A DNA stretch of 64,000 bases from positions 1,536,001 to 1,600,000 of the forward strand of contig OY969696.1 of the NCBI GenBank assembly GCA_963702005.1, in the 5' to 3' direction. Shown piece by piece: positions 9,704 through 18,120 of the stretch. The notes below the pieces were generated by a model. The model was not told the origin of the DNA. It made no database searches and saw only the letters and a program-made list of their open reading frames with translations. Made by a program: the position numbers and the translations under genes. Within the stretch, counting starts at the first letter, position 1, and every line of letters begins with the position of its first letter. The stretch is from Candidatus Aminicenantes bacterium (lineage in GTDB: Bacteria; Acidobacteriota; Aminicenantia; Aminicenantales; JAFGBC01).

Positions 9704-9915
9704 TTTGAAGTATCTCTATGGACATTTTAGATAAAATCTTGGCTTTATTAGATGCTCTAATATTTTTTAAGTTCATACTCCTTTAAGAAAATGTTTTGTT
9801 CCTCCCCTTTATTCACTTTATAACAAAAATTTTATGTTTATTCAATTGAAATCTTTTTTCTGCTAATTTTAAGTGGTTTTCTAATTTTATCCCCATCTTC
9901 TCCACAATTGATATC

Positions 9916-9941
9916 AAAAATTGCCTTTTAGGGCAATTTTT
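9916..9941. promoter_or_regulatory. Palindromic operator candidate AAAAATTGCC-N6-GGCAATTTTT
   Basis: Perfect 10-bp inverted arms, ~65 bp upstream of the XRE gene; a half-site recurs at 4976-4985. Confidence 0.6.
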
Positions 9942-10005
9942 TGTGTCTTGTCTTGTATAAGCCCTCCATATATTCTTGAAAATATAACTATTAATCAAGG
10001 AGGGT

Positions 10006-10284
10006 ATGAGAAAAGATGATTTAAAAAGGATTCCGAACAACTTGAGAAGGTACAGAAGAGCCATGGGATTGAAACAGAAGGAAGTCGCTAGAATTCTGAA
10101 TCTCAAGAGCGCGGGAATGATCTCCCGTTGGGAGAATGGCGTATGCCTACCAAGCTTAATAAACGCGATTAAGTTGTCAGGCTTGTATAGTGTGTTATTA
10201 GACGCTTTGTTTTTTCCTTTGATACGGATGATAAAGAGAAAGATTATGGAACGGGAAGAATATCTGAAACACAAGCATGCCTAA
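10006..10284 (+). CDS. XRE-family HTH transcriptional regulator
   Basis: NNLRRYRRAMGLKQKEVARIL...MISRWENGVCLPSL; GGAGG RBS. Confidence 0.9.
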   Translation: MRKDDLKRIPNNLRRYRRAMGLKQKEVARILNLKSAGMISRWENGVCLPSLINAIKLSGLYSVLLDALFFPLIRMIKRKIMEREEYLKHKHA

Positions 10285-10435
10285 GAGAAAGAGACGCCCG
10301 GATATCTTTGAGAAATATCGCCGCATTCTCGGAATGCCGAGTTTGTCTAATAAAAGAATTGAGGAAATGAGGAGAAATCTTTGTCTTGTCGCTCAAATTA
10401 TCTGCGAGCACGTGTGGAGAAAGAAATTCTATTGA
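10277..10435 (+). CDS. Small hypothetical protein (52 aa, not in the ORF track)
   Basis: MPKRKRRPDIFEKYRRILGMPSLSNKRIEEMRRNLCLVAQIICEHVWRKKFY*; fills the gap between the XRE and HTH_36 genes. Confidence 0.6.
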   Translation: MPKRKRRPDIFEKYRRILGMPSLSNKRIEEMRRNLCLVAQIICEHVWRKKFY

Positions 10436-10438
10436 TTT

Positions 10439-10894
10439 ATGAACAATGATGAGAAGAACGAAATAAGGAGCATAACGGAAAGAGAGTGGTATTGGATAAG
10501 CAGAGCTTTATTGAAACGATATGGCAGAATTTTAAAAAGCTCAGGAATTGCCGTCTATAATGTTTTGGCTTCCTATGCGAATTCAAAAAGCCAAACCTGT
10601 TTTCCGTCTCAGAAATCCATAGCCGGGCATTTAGGGCTCAGCATAAGGACAGTAAACCGAAAAATCCGGCTAATGAAGGATTTCAGGCTAATAAAGGTTA
10701 GGAGAAAAGGAAGTCGGTGCTTCTATTTTTTACTCAGAGTTGATACGACAAAAGAGATACGACTATGCGACAAACGGGATATTAGAGATAGGACACTAGG
10801 GAAATCAAACAATATTAAACTAATAAGAATTAATAACAAAAATAACCACGGCAGCGAGAAAACTAATATTTTAAGACCTATGAACTACTTTTAA
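10439..10894 (+). CDS. Winged-HTH (HTH_36-like) protein resembling a phage/ICE replication-initiator N-terminus
   Basis: IAVYNVLASYAN...CFPSQKSIAGHLGLSIRTVNRKIRLM. Confidence 0.75.
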   Translation: MNNDEKNEIRSITEREWYWISRALLKRYGRILKSSGIAVYNVLASYANSKSQTCFPSQKSIAGHLGLSIRTVNRKIRLMKDFRLIKVRRKGSRCFYFLLRVDTTKEIRLCDKRDIRDRTLGKSNNIKLIRINNKNNHGSEKTNILRPMNYF

Positions 10895-10903
10895 AAAAAA
10901 CGT

Positions 10904-11425
10904 ATGGTCAAAGAACCTCTAAAAGTCATCGGCATTAATCCGGGAACAAGATATCTAGGAATAGCCGTACTTCACGGAGCTGAGCTTTTAGATTGGAGGA
11001 TTAAGGTATTGGACGGAAGGTGGTCGAACTCCAAAATAGAAAAGGTAAAAGAAATCATTTCTGACCAGGTTGAGAGATATGAGACGCGATATGTGGCAAT
11101 TAAAAAAGTCCATGCCTCAAGAAGCTCTAAGAATTTAGATAAGATTGTTATGCGAATCAAAGAAATCGCCCGAAAGAAAAATTTGAAGCTCTGTCACTTT
11201 AGCATAAAGGATCTTGAAAATATCTTTGTAACAGAGGTTAAGCTTAACAGAAAGAACTTGGCCGAAGCGCTTGCCAGCCAGTATCCTGAACTCCGGGATG
11301 AACTTCAGAAGGAGCGATTAAACAAAAATCCATATTTCTTGAGAGCGCATGAAGCCGTAGCCCTGGCAGCTGCTTGTTATAAGAAATCCATGATATTTGA
11401 AGAATCAAAAACCCGGCTAAGCTGA
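10904..11425 (+). CDS. RuvC-like RNase H-fold protein with atypical active site
   Basis: VIGINPGTRYLGIAV N-terminal strand and HEAVALA C-terminal helix match the RuvC layout. Confidence 0.7.
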   Translation: MVKEPLKVIGINPGTRYLGIAVLHGAELLDWRIKVLDGRWSNSKIEKVKEIISDQVERYETRYVAIKKVHASRSSKNLDKIVMRIKEIARKKNLKLCHFSIKDLENIFVTEVKLNRKNLAEALASQYPELRDELQKERLNKNPYFLRAHEAVALAAACYKKSMIFEESKTRLS

Positions 11426-11444
11426 TGATAATATTGATCTGGGC

Positions 11445-11472
11445 TTGACATGAATTCTTAACCGCTTATACT
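11445..11472 (+). promoter_or_regulatory. Sigma70-like promoter TTGACA-N16-TATACT
   Basis: Near-consensus -35/-10 pair upstream of the liv operon. Confidence 0.5.
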
Positions 11473-11559
11473 TCAAAATAGAGGGAGCGTTGAGGGCGAA
11501 ATTAGTAAAACTGTGAAGTTGAGAATTTTATAGTCTAAGGATTTGTCTCAAGCACGGCT

Positions 11560-11723
11560 AAAAAGGCGATCTGCGGATATCGCAGGGCCAGTAGAAAAAG
11601 AGGTTGCTAACGCTCTCGTTTCAACATTCCCTGAGCTGACGGTATATTTAAGCCATGATAGAGCCTGGAAAGAGGAGTATCGCCAGAATATGTGATACTG
11701 TGGCGATGGAGATGATGGTTTAA
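11560..11723 (+). pseudogene. Remnant of a second RuvC-like gene (C-terminal part)
   Basis: EKEVANALVSTFPELTVYLSHDRAWKEEYRQNM/DTVAM parallels KNLAEALASQYPELRDELQKERLNKNPYFLRAHEAVAL of the upstream gene; frameshift near 11692. Confidence 0.55.
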
Positions 11724-11861
11724 GAATGCCATCAACGTCCATTAACCTTGACCTTTTTTGCCATATTTTGTAAGCTTACGCCAGATAAACTTATGATGGG
11801 GAGGATCTTAATTAAAGGTCGGAAATTTATCAATAAAATTCAAGGAGGGAAAATATAAAAT

Positions 11862-12995
11862 ATGAAAAAGATAAATATTCTCATTCTTGTTTTTTTAATC
11901 GTGATTATAGCCGTCGTGTTCGTTGTTTTTTTGAAGCGGGGGGAATCGAAAGAAATTGAATTAGGTGCTGTACTTGTGATGACTGGTCCGGATGCAAAGG
12001 CCGGTCAGAGCGCGAGACAAGGCATTGATCTGGCGGCCGACGAAATTAATAATTCTGGAGGAATCCAACGCAAGAAAATCCGAATTATTTATGAAGACGA
12101 CCAAGGAGATCCACAAAAGGCAGTTTCTGCGGTAACGAAATTAATAAATATAGACAGAGTTCCGGTGATAATCGGACCTATGTGGAGTTCTCCTGTTCTG
12201 GCAGTTGCACCGTTGGTGGAAAAGAAGCATGTTGTGCTTTTATCTCCCACAGCATCCAATCCGGATATCACTAATGCTGGAGATTATGTCTTCCGAAATA
12301 CATATTCCGATCTGTTCGAAGGAAGTAAAACCGCCGAATATGCTTATAAGAAATTAGGTTATAGGAAGATGGGTATTTTATATATTAACAATGATTTTGG
12401 AAGAGGGCTTGATCGAGTGTTTATGAATAAGTTTAAAAATATGGGCGGGGATGTATTAGTAGAAGAAAATTATGACCCAAAGGCTGTTGATTTCAAATCA
12501 CAACTCGCAAAAATAAAGGGGAGTGATATCGAGGCTATTTATCTTGTTGGCTATAGCGAAGTTGGCCAGATTCTTAAACAAGCAAAAGAGCTTGGATTAA
12601 GAACGGGATTCATTAGTACGATAATGTTTGAAATATCCGATGTAATTAAAATTGCAGGGGATGCCGCAGAAGGGGTAGTATATGCGTTTGTTTCTTTCGA
12701 TCCCGAACTTGGAGATGCAAAAGTAACAGATTTTTCTCAAAAGTATGAAATGAAATTTGGAATCCCGCCAGATCCTGAAGCAGCTTTTTCCTACGACGCT
12801 CTGAAAATAATAGCTTCGGTCATAGAACGTGTGGGGACGAACCCAGAAAATATAAAAAATGCTTTGTACCAAGTAAAAAATTATAATGGAGTCACGGGGG
12901 AAACTACATTTGATGTTAATGGGGATGTAAGCAAGCCAATAGGGTTTAAAAAAGTAAAAAATGGCAATTATACTTGGGAAGTGTATCAATTCTAG
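11862..12995 (+). CDS. Branched-chain amino acid-type ABC transporter substrate-binding protein (LivK/LivJ-like)
   Basis: IELGAVLVMTG, INNSGGI, YEDDQGDP, IIGPMWSS, NNDFGRG, YDALKII, GVTGETTFD. Confidence 0.92.
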   Translation: MKKINILILVFLIVIIAVVFVVFLKRGESKEIELGAVLVMTGPDAKAGQSARQGIDLAADEINNSGGIQRKKIRIIYEDDQGDPQKAVSAVTKLINIDRVPVIIGPMWSSPVLAVAPLVEKKHVVLLSPTASNPDITNAGDYVFRNTYSDLFEGSKTAEYAYKKLGYRKMGILYINNDFGRGLDRVFMNKFKNMGGDVLVEENYDPKAVDFKSQLAKIKGSDIEAIYLVGYSEVGQILKQAKELGLRTGFISTIMFEISDVIKIAGDAAEGVVYAFVSFDPELGDAKVTDFSQKYEMKFGIPPDPEAAFSYDALKIIASVIERVGTNPENIKNALYQVKNYNGVTGETTFDVNGDVSKPIGFKKVKNGNYTWEVYQF

Positions 12996-13474
12996 ACACA
13001 TCCATTGTGGCGAAATCTATAACAGATAAATTTAAATATCCAGAAAGGCTGGGAACGCTGGGAATATGTAAGTATGGGGATGAATATCTTATTTTAAGGA
13101 TCGCGGAGGACTGGAAATATTGTCCCGGCGATTGGGATTTTGTAATGGGGACGTTCCAAGACGACAAAAAAACCCCTGAACAAAATGCAGTTATTAATAT
13201 AGAAATACATGCAGGTCTGCAGTCGATTAAGATTATAAACAGATTTCCTCTTTTTAAATGGAATGATGATGAAAGCAGGGTGTTATTCGTCTTACATCCA
13301 TTTCTGGTAAAAGCAAATGATAGAAAGCTCAAACTTAGCAGAAAATTTAGCGAAGGGAAGTGGGTCAAGTGGGAAAGCATCCTTGAAAACGATAGGAATG
13401 ATTACCTAAATAATGTATTGTCTCACATAGAAATAAATTTAATATTAGCAAGAGGACAACATGCCATGCTTTAA
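12974..13474 (+). CDS. NUDIX-fold-like hypothetical protein with degenerate Nudix box
   Basis: YLILR...YCPGDWDFVMG...KTPEQNAVINIEIHAGL...KLSRKFSEGKWV follows the NUDIX layout but lacks REXXEE. Confidence 0.5.
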   Translation: MGSVSILDTSIVAKSITDKFKYPERLGTLGICKYGDEYLILRIAEDWKYCPGDWDFVMGTFQDDKKTPEQNAVINIEIHAGLQSIKIINRFPLFKWNDDESRVLFVLHPFLVKANDRKLKLSRKFSEGKWVKWESILENDRNDYLNNVLSHIEINLILARGQHAML

Positions 13475-14162
13475 CGACGTGATTAATGTTAGTTCTCCTA
13501 TATTTTTTATTTATATCGGATTTAATATCGCTGCTTTTGCTTTTTTAACTCAGTACCTTACCTTTCCTAGGAGCATGTTATCAGATCTTAGTAATATGAA
13601 AAAAAACACGACAGCAAGTCCACGCATTATGGATTCTGAAGTTGTTAAAGTAGTGGATGATACTTATTGGCCGATTATTTCATATTTTTTTCAATTGGAT
13701 TATGTGACGTTTTCTCTATTAATGTTTATTCTTTATTCGATTCTACTGATAATAATTCTGACAGCAATCCACTTCGGGATCAAATTATTATCCGCAGCTG
13801 CAATTTTCCTCGTATCTTTTATTACAATTATATATTTTTTACTTAGGGCGTATTTAATAAAGGAATATGTATTAAAAAAGGAAACAATAAGGATTAAGGA
13901 AAAAGAAGTAAAGAGATATATAAGAGGAGATCCCTACTGGACCAAGACAGAAAGAGAAAGACTTGTAAAAATTGAAATATGCATTTCTTCATTTCTTTTA
14001 ATTGGAATTATAATAGCCTGTGCGATTAATAGTGGAATGGCGCTTTTTCTTTTTCTGGTTTTCATTTTGGTATGCAAATTAGCTTGGCACCTTTGGGTTA
14101 CTGCGAGCATAAATCCTGTTACTAGGTTAATAAAACTATGGGAGGAATTAACAAAGCTGTAG
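13461..14162 (+). CDS. Hypothetical integral membrane protein
   Basis: About 5 hydrophobic segments; overlaps the upstream ORF and ends 9 bp before livH. Confidence 0.7.
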   Translation: MPCFNDVINVSSPIFFIYIGFNIAAFAFLTQYLTFPRSMLSDLSNMKKNTTASPRIMDSEVVKVVDDTYWPIISYFFQLDYVTFSLLMFILYSILLIIILTAIHFGIKLLSAAAIFLVSFITIIYFLLRAYLIKEYVLKKETIRIKEKEVKRYIRGDPYWTKTERERLVKIEICISSFLLIGIIIACAINSGMALFLFLVFILVCKLAWHLWVTASINPVTRLIKLWEELTKL

Positions 14163-14171
14163 GCAATCAAA

Positions 14172-15050
14172 ATGTTTAGTCAATTTTTTGTTAATGGAGT
14201 AATTGCGGGAATTATTTATGCTATTACAGCATTGGGATTTTCCATTATTTACAGGACAGTCAAATTCTTCCATTTTACCCATGGCATCGTTTATGCTGCA
14301 GGAGCCTATTTAGCTTATACTTTATTTAGTATTCTCCAAATTAATCCTCTTATAAGTTTATTTTTATCCATCATACTCGCGGCGATTCTGGGCGTAGCTA
14401 TTGATAGATTTGTGTATTATCCCCTTCGCAAAAATAAAACCTCGAGCTTGGTCTTTCTCCTCGCCTCTTTCGGCGTTTTTATATTCCTCCAAAACCTTCT
14501 CCAGCTTATCTTCGGCGCTCAAATCCTGACTCTGAGAGCAGGGCCGGTAAGAGAAGGGCATCATTTCCTCGGAGCCGTAATTACGGATAATCAGATTCTA
14601 ATAATCGTCTCAAGCCTTGTCTTATTCTTACTTTGCTGGTTCTTTATTCAGAAAACGAAATTCGGCAAAGCAATCCGGGCCGTCTCAGACGATCCGATTG
14701 GGGCGAGAGTGGTCGGTATCAATTCGGAAAAAATCATCATGATCGCCTTTGCCATCGGCTCGGCTCTCGCTGGAGCTGCTGGAATCCTTATTTCCCTTGA
14801 AACCAATATCGAGCCTACGATGGGCTTGAACGCCATACTTAAAGGCATTATCGCTTCAATAGTCGGCGGGATAGGAAGCATCCCCGGCGCCTTATTGGGT
14901 GGCCTTTTTCTAGGGCTAGCTGAGAATCTCGGAATTTGGCACATTCAGGCTGGATGGAAGGATGCGATCGCGTTTGGGATATTAATTCTATTTCTGCTTT
15001 TCCGGCCTTCGGGAATCATGGGCATAAGAACTGAGAAAGAAAAAATCTAA
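14172..15050 (+). CDS. livH: BCAA ABC transporter permease LivH
   Basis: ALGFSII...FTHG, TKFGKAIRAVSDD, GGIGSIPGALLGG, LLFRPSGIMG. Confidence 0.93.
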   Translation: MFSQFFVNGVIAGIIYAITALGFSIIYRTVKFFHFTHGIVYAAGAYLAYTLFSILQINPLISLFLSIILAAILGVAIDRFVYYPLRKNKTSSLVFLLASFGVFIFLQNLLQLIFGAQILTLRAGPVREGHHFLGAVITDNQILIIVSSLVLFLLCWFFIQKTKFGKAIRAVSDDPIGARVVGINSEKIIMIAFAIGSALAGAAGILISLETNIEPTMGLNAILKGIIASIVGGIGSIPGALLGGLFLGLAENLGIWHIQAGWKDAIAFGILILFLLFRPSGIMGIRTEKEKI

Positions 15051-15053
15051 TTC

Positions 15054-15920
15054 ATGGAATACCTGATTCACATTCTTATAATCGCAGGCATATACATTAT
15101 TTATACTCTCAGCCTGAATCTGATCGTTGGCTATACGGGACTGGCCGCTTTGGGCCATATCGCCTTTGCCTGCGTTGGGGCCTATACCTCAAGCCTTCTC
15201 GCTTTGAATTTCGGAATCTCGCCTTGGATAGGGCTTTTAGTAGGAGCGATCCTGGCCTCCATTCTAGGCGCAATCGTTGCCTATCCGTCTTTAAGACTCA
15301 AAGGCGATTACCTTGCCCTGGCGACTTTCGGGTTGGGTGTTATTGTTTATTCGGTTGCCAAGAACTGGGTTAGCTTGACTCGGGGGCCGATGGGGCTCCC
15401 TGGTATTCCCTCGTTCTCCATATTCGGCTATCAGATCTCAAATGTCTGGAGCTATTTGATCCTGGTTTTAATCTTCGTTTTCATCACATATATAGTGATC
15501 AAAAACATCACCAACTCTCCCTTCGGAAGGATTCTTAAGGGAATCAGAGAGGATGAGATCGCTTCTCATGCGATGGGGAAGAATGTAAACAAATACAAGC
15601 TCATCGTCTTCATCGTCGGTGCGTTCTTCGCCGGAATTGCAGGGAGCCTCTACGCTCACTATATTTCATTCATCGACCCTTCAAGCTTCACAATTATGGA
15701 ATCCATCGCGGTTCTCCTCATGGTTGTGTTCGGAGGTTTGGGAAGCATAAAGGGGTCTTTTGTTGGGGCTTTTCTTCTTGTGATATTGCCTGAGCTTTTA
15801 AGATTCCTGGGCATGCCAAGCTCGGTCGCCGCTCCCCTGAGACAGATGATTTACGGGCTCTTGCTCGTTATCCTGATGATTTGGCGGCCACAGGGTTTAA
15901 TGGGAAAATACAAGTTTTAG
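15054..15920 (+). CDS. livM: BCAA ABC transporter permease LivM
   Basis: SLNLIVGYTG..LGH.AF, RLKGDYLALAT, SPFGR.L.GIREDE, WRPQGLMG. Confidence 0.93.
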   Translation: MEYLIHILIIAGIYIIYTLSLNLIVGYTGLAALGHIAFACVGAYTSSLLALNFGISPWIGLLVGAILASILGAIVAYPSLRLKGDYLALATFGLGVIVYSVAKNWVSLTRGPMGLPGIPSFSIFGYQISNVWSYLILVLIFVFITYIVIKNITNSPFGRILKGIREDEIASHAMGKNVNKYKLIVFIVGAFFAGIAGSLYAHYISFIDPSSFTIMESIAVLLMVVFGGLGSIKGSFVGAFLLVILPELLRFLGMPSSVAAPLRQMIYGLLLVILMIWRPQGLMGKYKF

Positions 15921-15924
15921 TAGC

Positions 15925-16689
15925 ATGACCATGCTTCAGGTTCAGAATCTAAATAAGGAATTCGACGGAATTAAGGCTGTTGATAACCTTTCTTTTACCA
16001 TAGAAGACAATTCCATCGTTGCCCTGGTCGGCCCCAATGGATCAGGAAAGACAACGATCTTTAATATCATAAGCGGATTCTTAAAAGCCGAAAAAGGAAA
16101 GATTGTATTTGACGGCAGAAATATCACATTTTTGAATTCATTCAAGATAGCTCGTCTTGGTATCGGCAGGACTTTTCAAAATATTCGGCTTTTTCCTCAG
16201 ATTTCAGTCCTCGATAATGTAATGCTTGGGCTGAATTGTGAGACCGGAGAACGCTTCTTATCCGCGCTTTTTCAGACAAAGAGAATGAAGAAGGAAGAAG
16301 CGGAGAACATATTAAAAACCGAAGAGCTTCTAAAATTTGTAGGTTTATCTGAGAAACGAGATTCCTTGGCCGAGAACCTCTCCCATGGTCAAAGGAAACT
16401 GCTCGAATTAGCCCGTATTTTAGCCTTAGAGCCAAAAATCTTCCTCTTGGATGAGCCGGTAGCCGGGCTTTTCCCTGAGGCCAAAAAAACGGTGTTCGAC
16501 TTAATTAGAAAACTCAAAGATAGTGGGAAGACAATCCTTTTTATCGAGCACGATCTTCATTCGGCAATGGATATCGCTGAAAAAATCATTGTCCTGGATC
16601 ACGGGAAAAAGGTCGCGGAAGGTGCGCCGGAGGATATCAAACAAAACAGAGAAGTCTTAAAAGCCTATCTTGGAAAAGAATCCTTATGA
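15925..16689 (+). CDS. livG: BCAA ABC transporter ATPase LivG
   Basis: GPNGSGKTT, GIGRTFQ, LSHGQRK, LLDEP, IEHD. Confidence 0.93.
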   Translation: MTMLQVQNLNKEFDGIKAVDNLSFTIEDNSIVALVGPNGSGKTTIFNIISGFLKAEKGKIVFDGRNITFLNSFKIARLGIGRTFQNIRLFPQISVLDNVMLGLNCETGERFLSALFQTKRMKKEEAENILKTEELLKFVGLSEKRDSLAENLSHGQRKLLELARILALEPKIFLLDEPVAGLFPEAKKTVFDLIRKLKDSGKTILFIEHDLHSAMDIAEKIIVLDHGKKVAEGAPEDIKQNREVLKAYLGKESL

Positions 16690-17405
16690 ATAAACTCCTT
16701 GAAGCGAACAACCTCACCGTCTATTACGGCACTATCCGGGCTTTGGAAAAAGCCTCTTTTTATGTAAATTCCGGCGAGATTGTAGCCATGATCGGCCCAA
16801 ATGGAGCCGGTAAATCCACGGCCCTTAATGTTGTTTGCGGATTGATTCCTGCTGAAGAGGGCGAGATTAAATTCAGAAGTGAAGATATAAAAGGTCATAC
16901 TCCTGATGAGCTGGTAAAAAAAGGTCTATCTTTAGTCCCAGAAGGCCGGAGAATCTTCTCTACAATGACGGTTCAAGAGAACATGGAGATGGGCGCGTTC
17001 ACGATTTCCGGCAAAGAGAAAATTCTTATCAAAGAAAGACTAGGGAAGATGTTTGGGCTTTTCCCGATTCTTGAAGAAAGACGAAAACAGAAAGCCGGGA
17101 CGCTCTCCAGCGGAGAGCAGCAAATGCTGGCCATCGGCAGGGCATTGATGTTGGAGCCGAAACTGCTTATGTTAGACGAGCCCTCATTAGGGCTTTCGCC
17201 TAACTATGTCGATATTGTCTTTGAAAAACTCCAGGAGATAAACAAAGCCGGAACTGCAATTCTTTTAGTTGAGCAGAACGCCTCGAAAGCTCTTGAGATC
17301 TGCAACAGAGGATATGTATTCGATATTGGGACGATTGCCTTGGAAGGAAGCCGGGATTCGCTCCTCAAAGATGGGCGGATAAAGAAGATCCTCGTAGGCG
17401 GATAA
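16686..17405 (+). CDS. livF: BCAA ABC transporter ATPase LivF
   Basis: GPNGAGKST, VPEGRRIF, LSSGEQQMLAIGRAL, LDEPSLGL, LVEQN. Confidence 0.93.
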   Translation: MNKLLEANNLTVYYGTIRALEKASFYVNSGEIVAMIGPNGAGKSTALNVVCGLIPAEEGEIKFRSEDIKGHTPDELVKKGLSLVPEGRRIFSTMTVQENMEMGAFTISGKEKILIKERLGKMFGLFPILEERRKQKAGTLSSGEQQMLAIGRALMLEPKLLMLDEPSLGLSPNYVDIVFEKLQEINKAGTAILLVEQNASKALEICNRGYVFDIGTIALEGSRDSLLKDGRIKKILVGG

Positions 17406-17556
17406 TTTTTCCTTGCTTTTTACTTAAGAATACGAATAAAATACTTCTCTTAAGGGGAAAAGTTGTTCGGCAAAGGGAAGAATCTTATTATCGATGAAAA
17501 TCAAGGGTTCCTGCCTTTCTTCTTTCCTCGACTAATATTAAGATAAGGGGGATTCT

Positions 17557-18081
17557 ATGTTCGGCAAAGTAACCTTAAAAGACGAAAAGATCATTGACCG
17601 CTGGTCAATGATCGTGGAGAACGCTCAAGGCTTGGCAGAGCAGATTTACGCGGACACCGAAGCCAATATCAAGGAAACAAAAGCGCCGGGGATTAATTTC
17701 GAGCGGGTTCAGGTCAGGCCAAGTTGGCTCAAGGGCCTCTTGGGAAACGAGCGAAGCTATATGATGGTCACAAACGACGCTCTGGGCGACTATCGAATGT
17801 TCATCAGCGCCAGGGATTATGGAAACAATCTTGATATTCAATGGTATATGACTTGTGAACCCGGCTTCTTTTCAAAAAAGCTGTCTAATGTCCTTACCAG
17901 CGGGGCTTCAGACAAGGCCTTGTCCCTGAATCTCGATATCTTCCAACAGCAAGACCTGAGTGCGTACGCGACCGTAGCGCACCATTGCTTTTTGAAGGCG
18001 ATCGAAAAAATGATGGCAGGGAAAGGCCAGGACACCTCGACGATAGACCGGAAGTCCAAAGGGTTCTTAGGAATTTCTTAA
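17557..18081 (+). CDS. Hypothetical protein upstream of the coupling ATPase
   Basis: 174-aa ORF with RBS, ending 39 bp before the next gene. Confidence 0.75.
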   Translation: MFGKVTLKDEKIIDRWSMIVENAQGLAEQIYADTEANIKETKAPGINFERVQVRPSWLKGLLGNERSYMMVTNDALGDYRMFISARDYGNNLDIQWYMTCEPGFFSKKLSNVLTSGASDKALSLNLDIFQQQDLSAYATVAHHCFLKAIEKMMAGKGQDTSTIDRKSKGFLGIS

Positions 18082-18120
18082 GGAAATTCTTTTTTATTTG
18101 TGTAAAATATCGTTGGGCAA

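Noticed and set aside
9813-10274. 153-aa minus-strand ORF
   Set aside because: It is antisense to the XRE gene and its operator, with no motif.
11472-11862. Riboswitch or T-box in the long liv leader
   Set aside because: No recognisable conserved RNA motif; much of the region is explained by the RuvC-like remnant.
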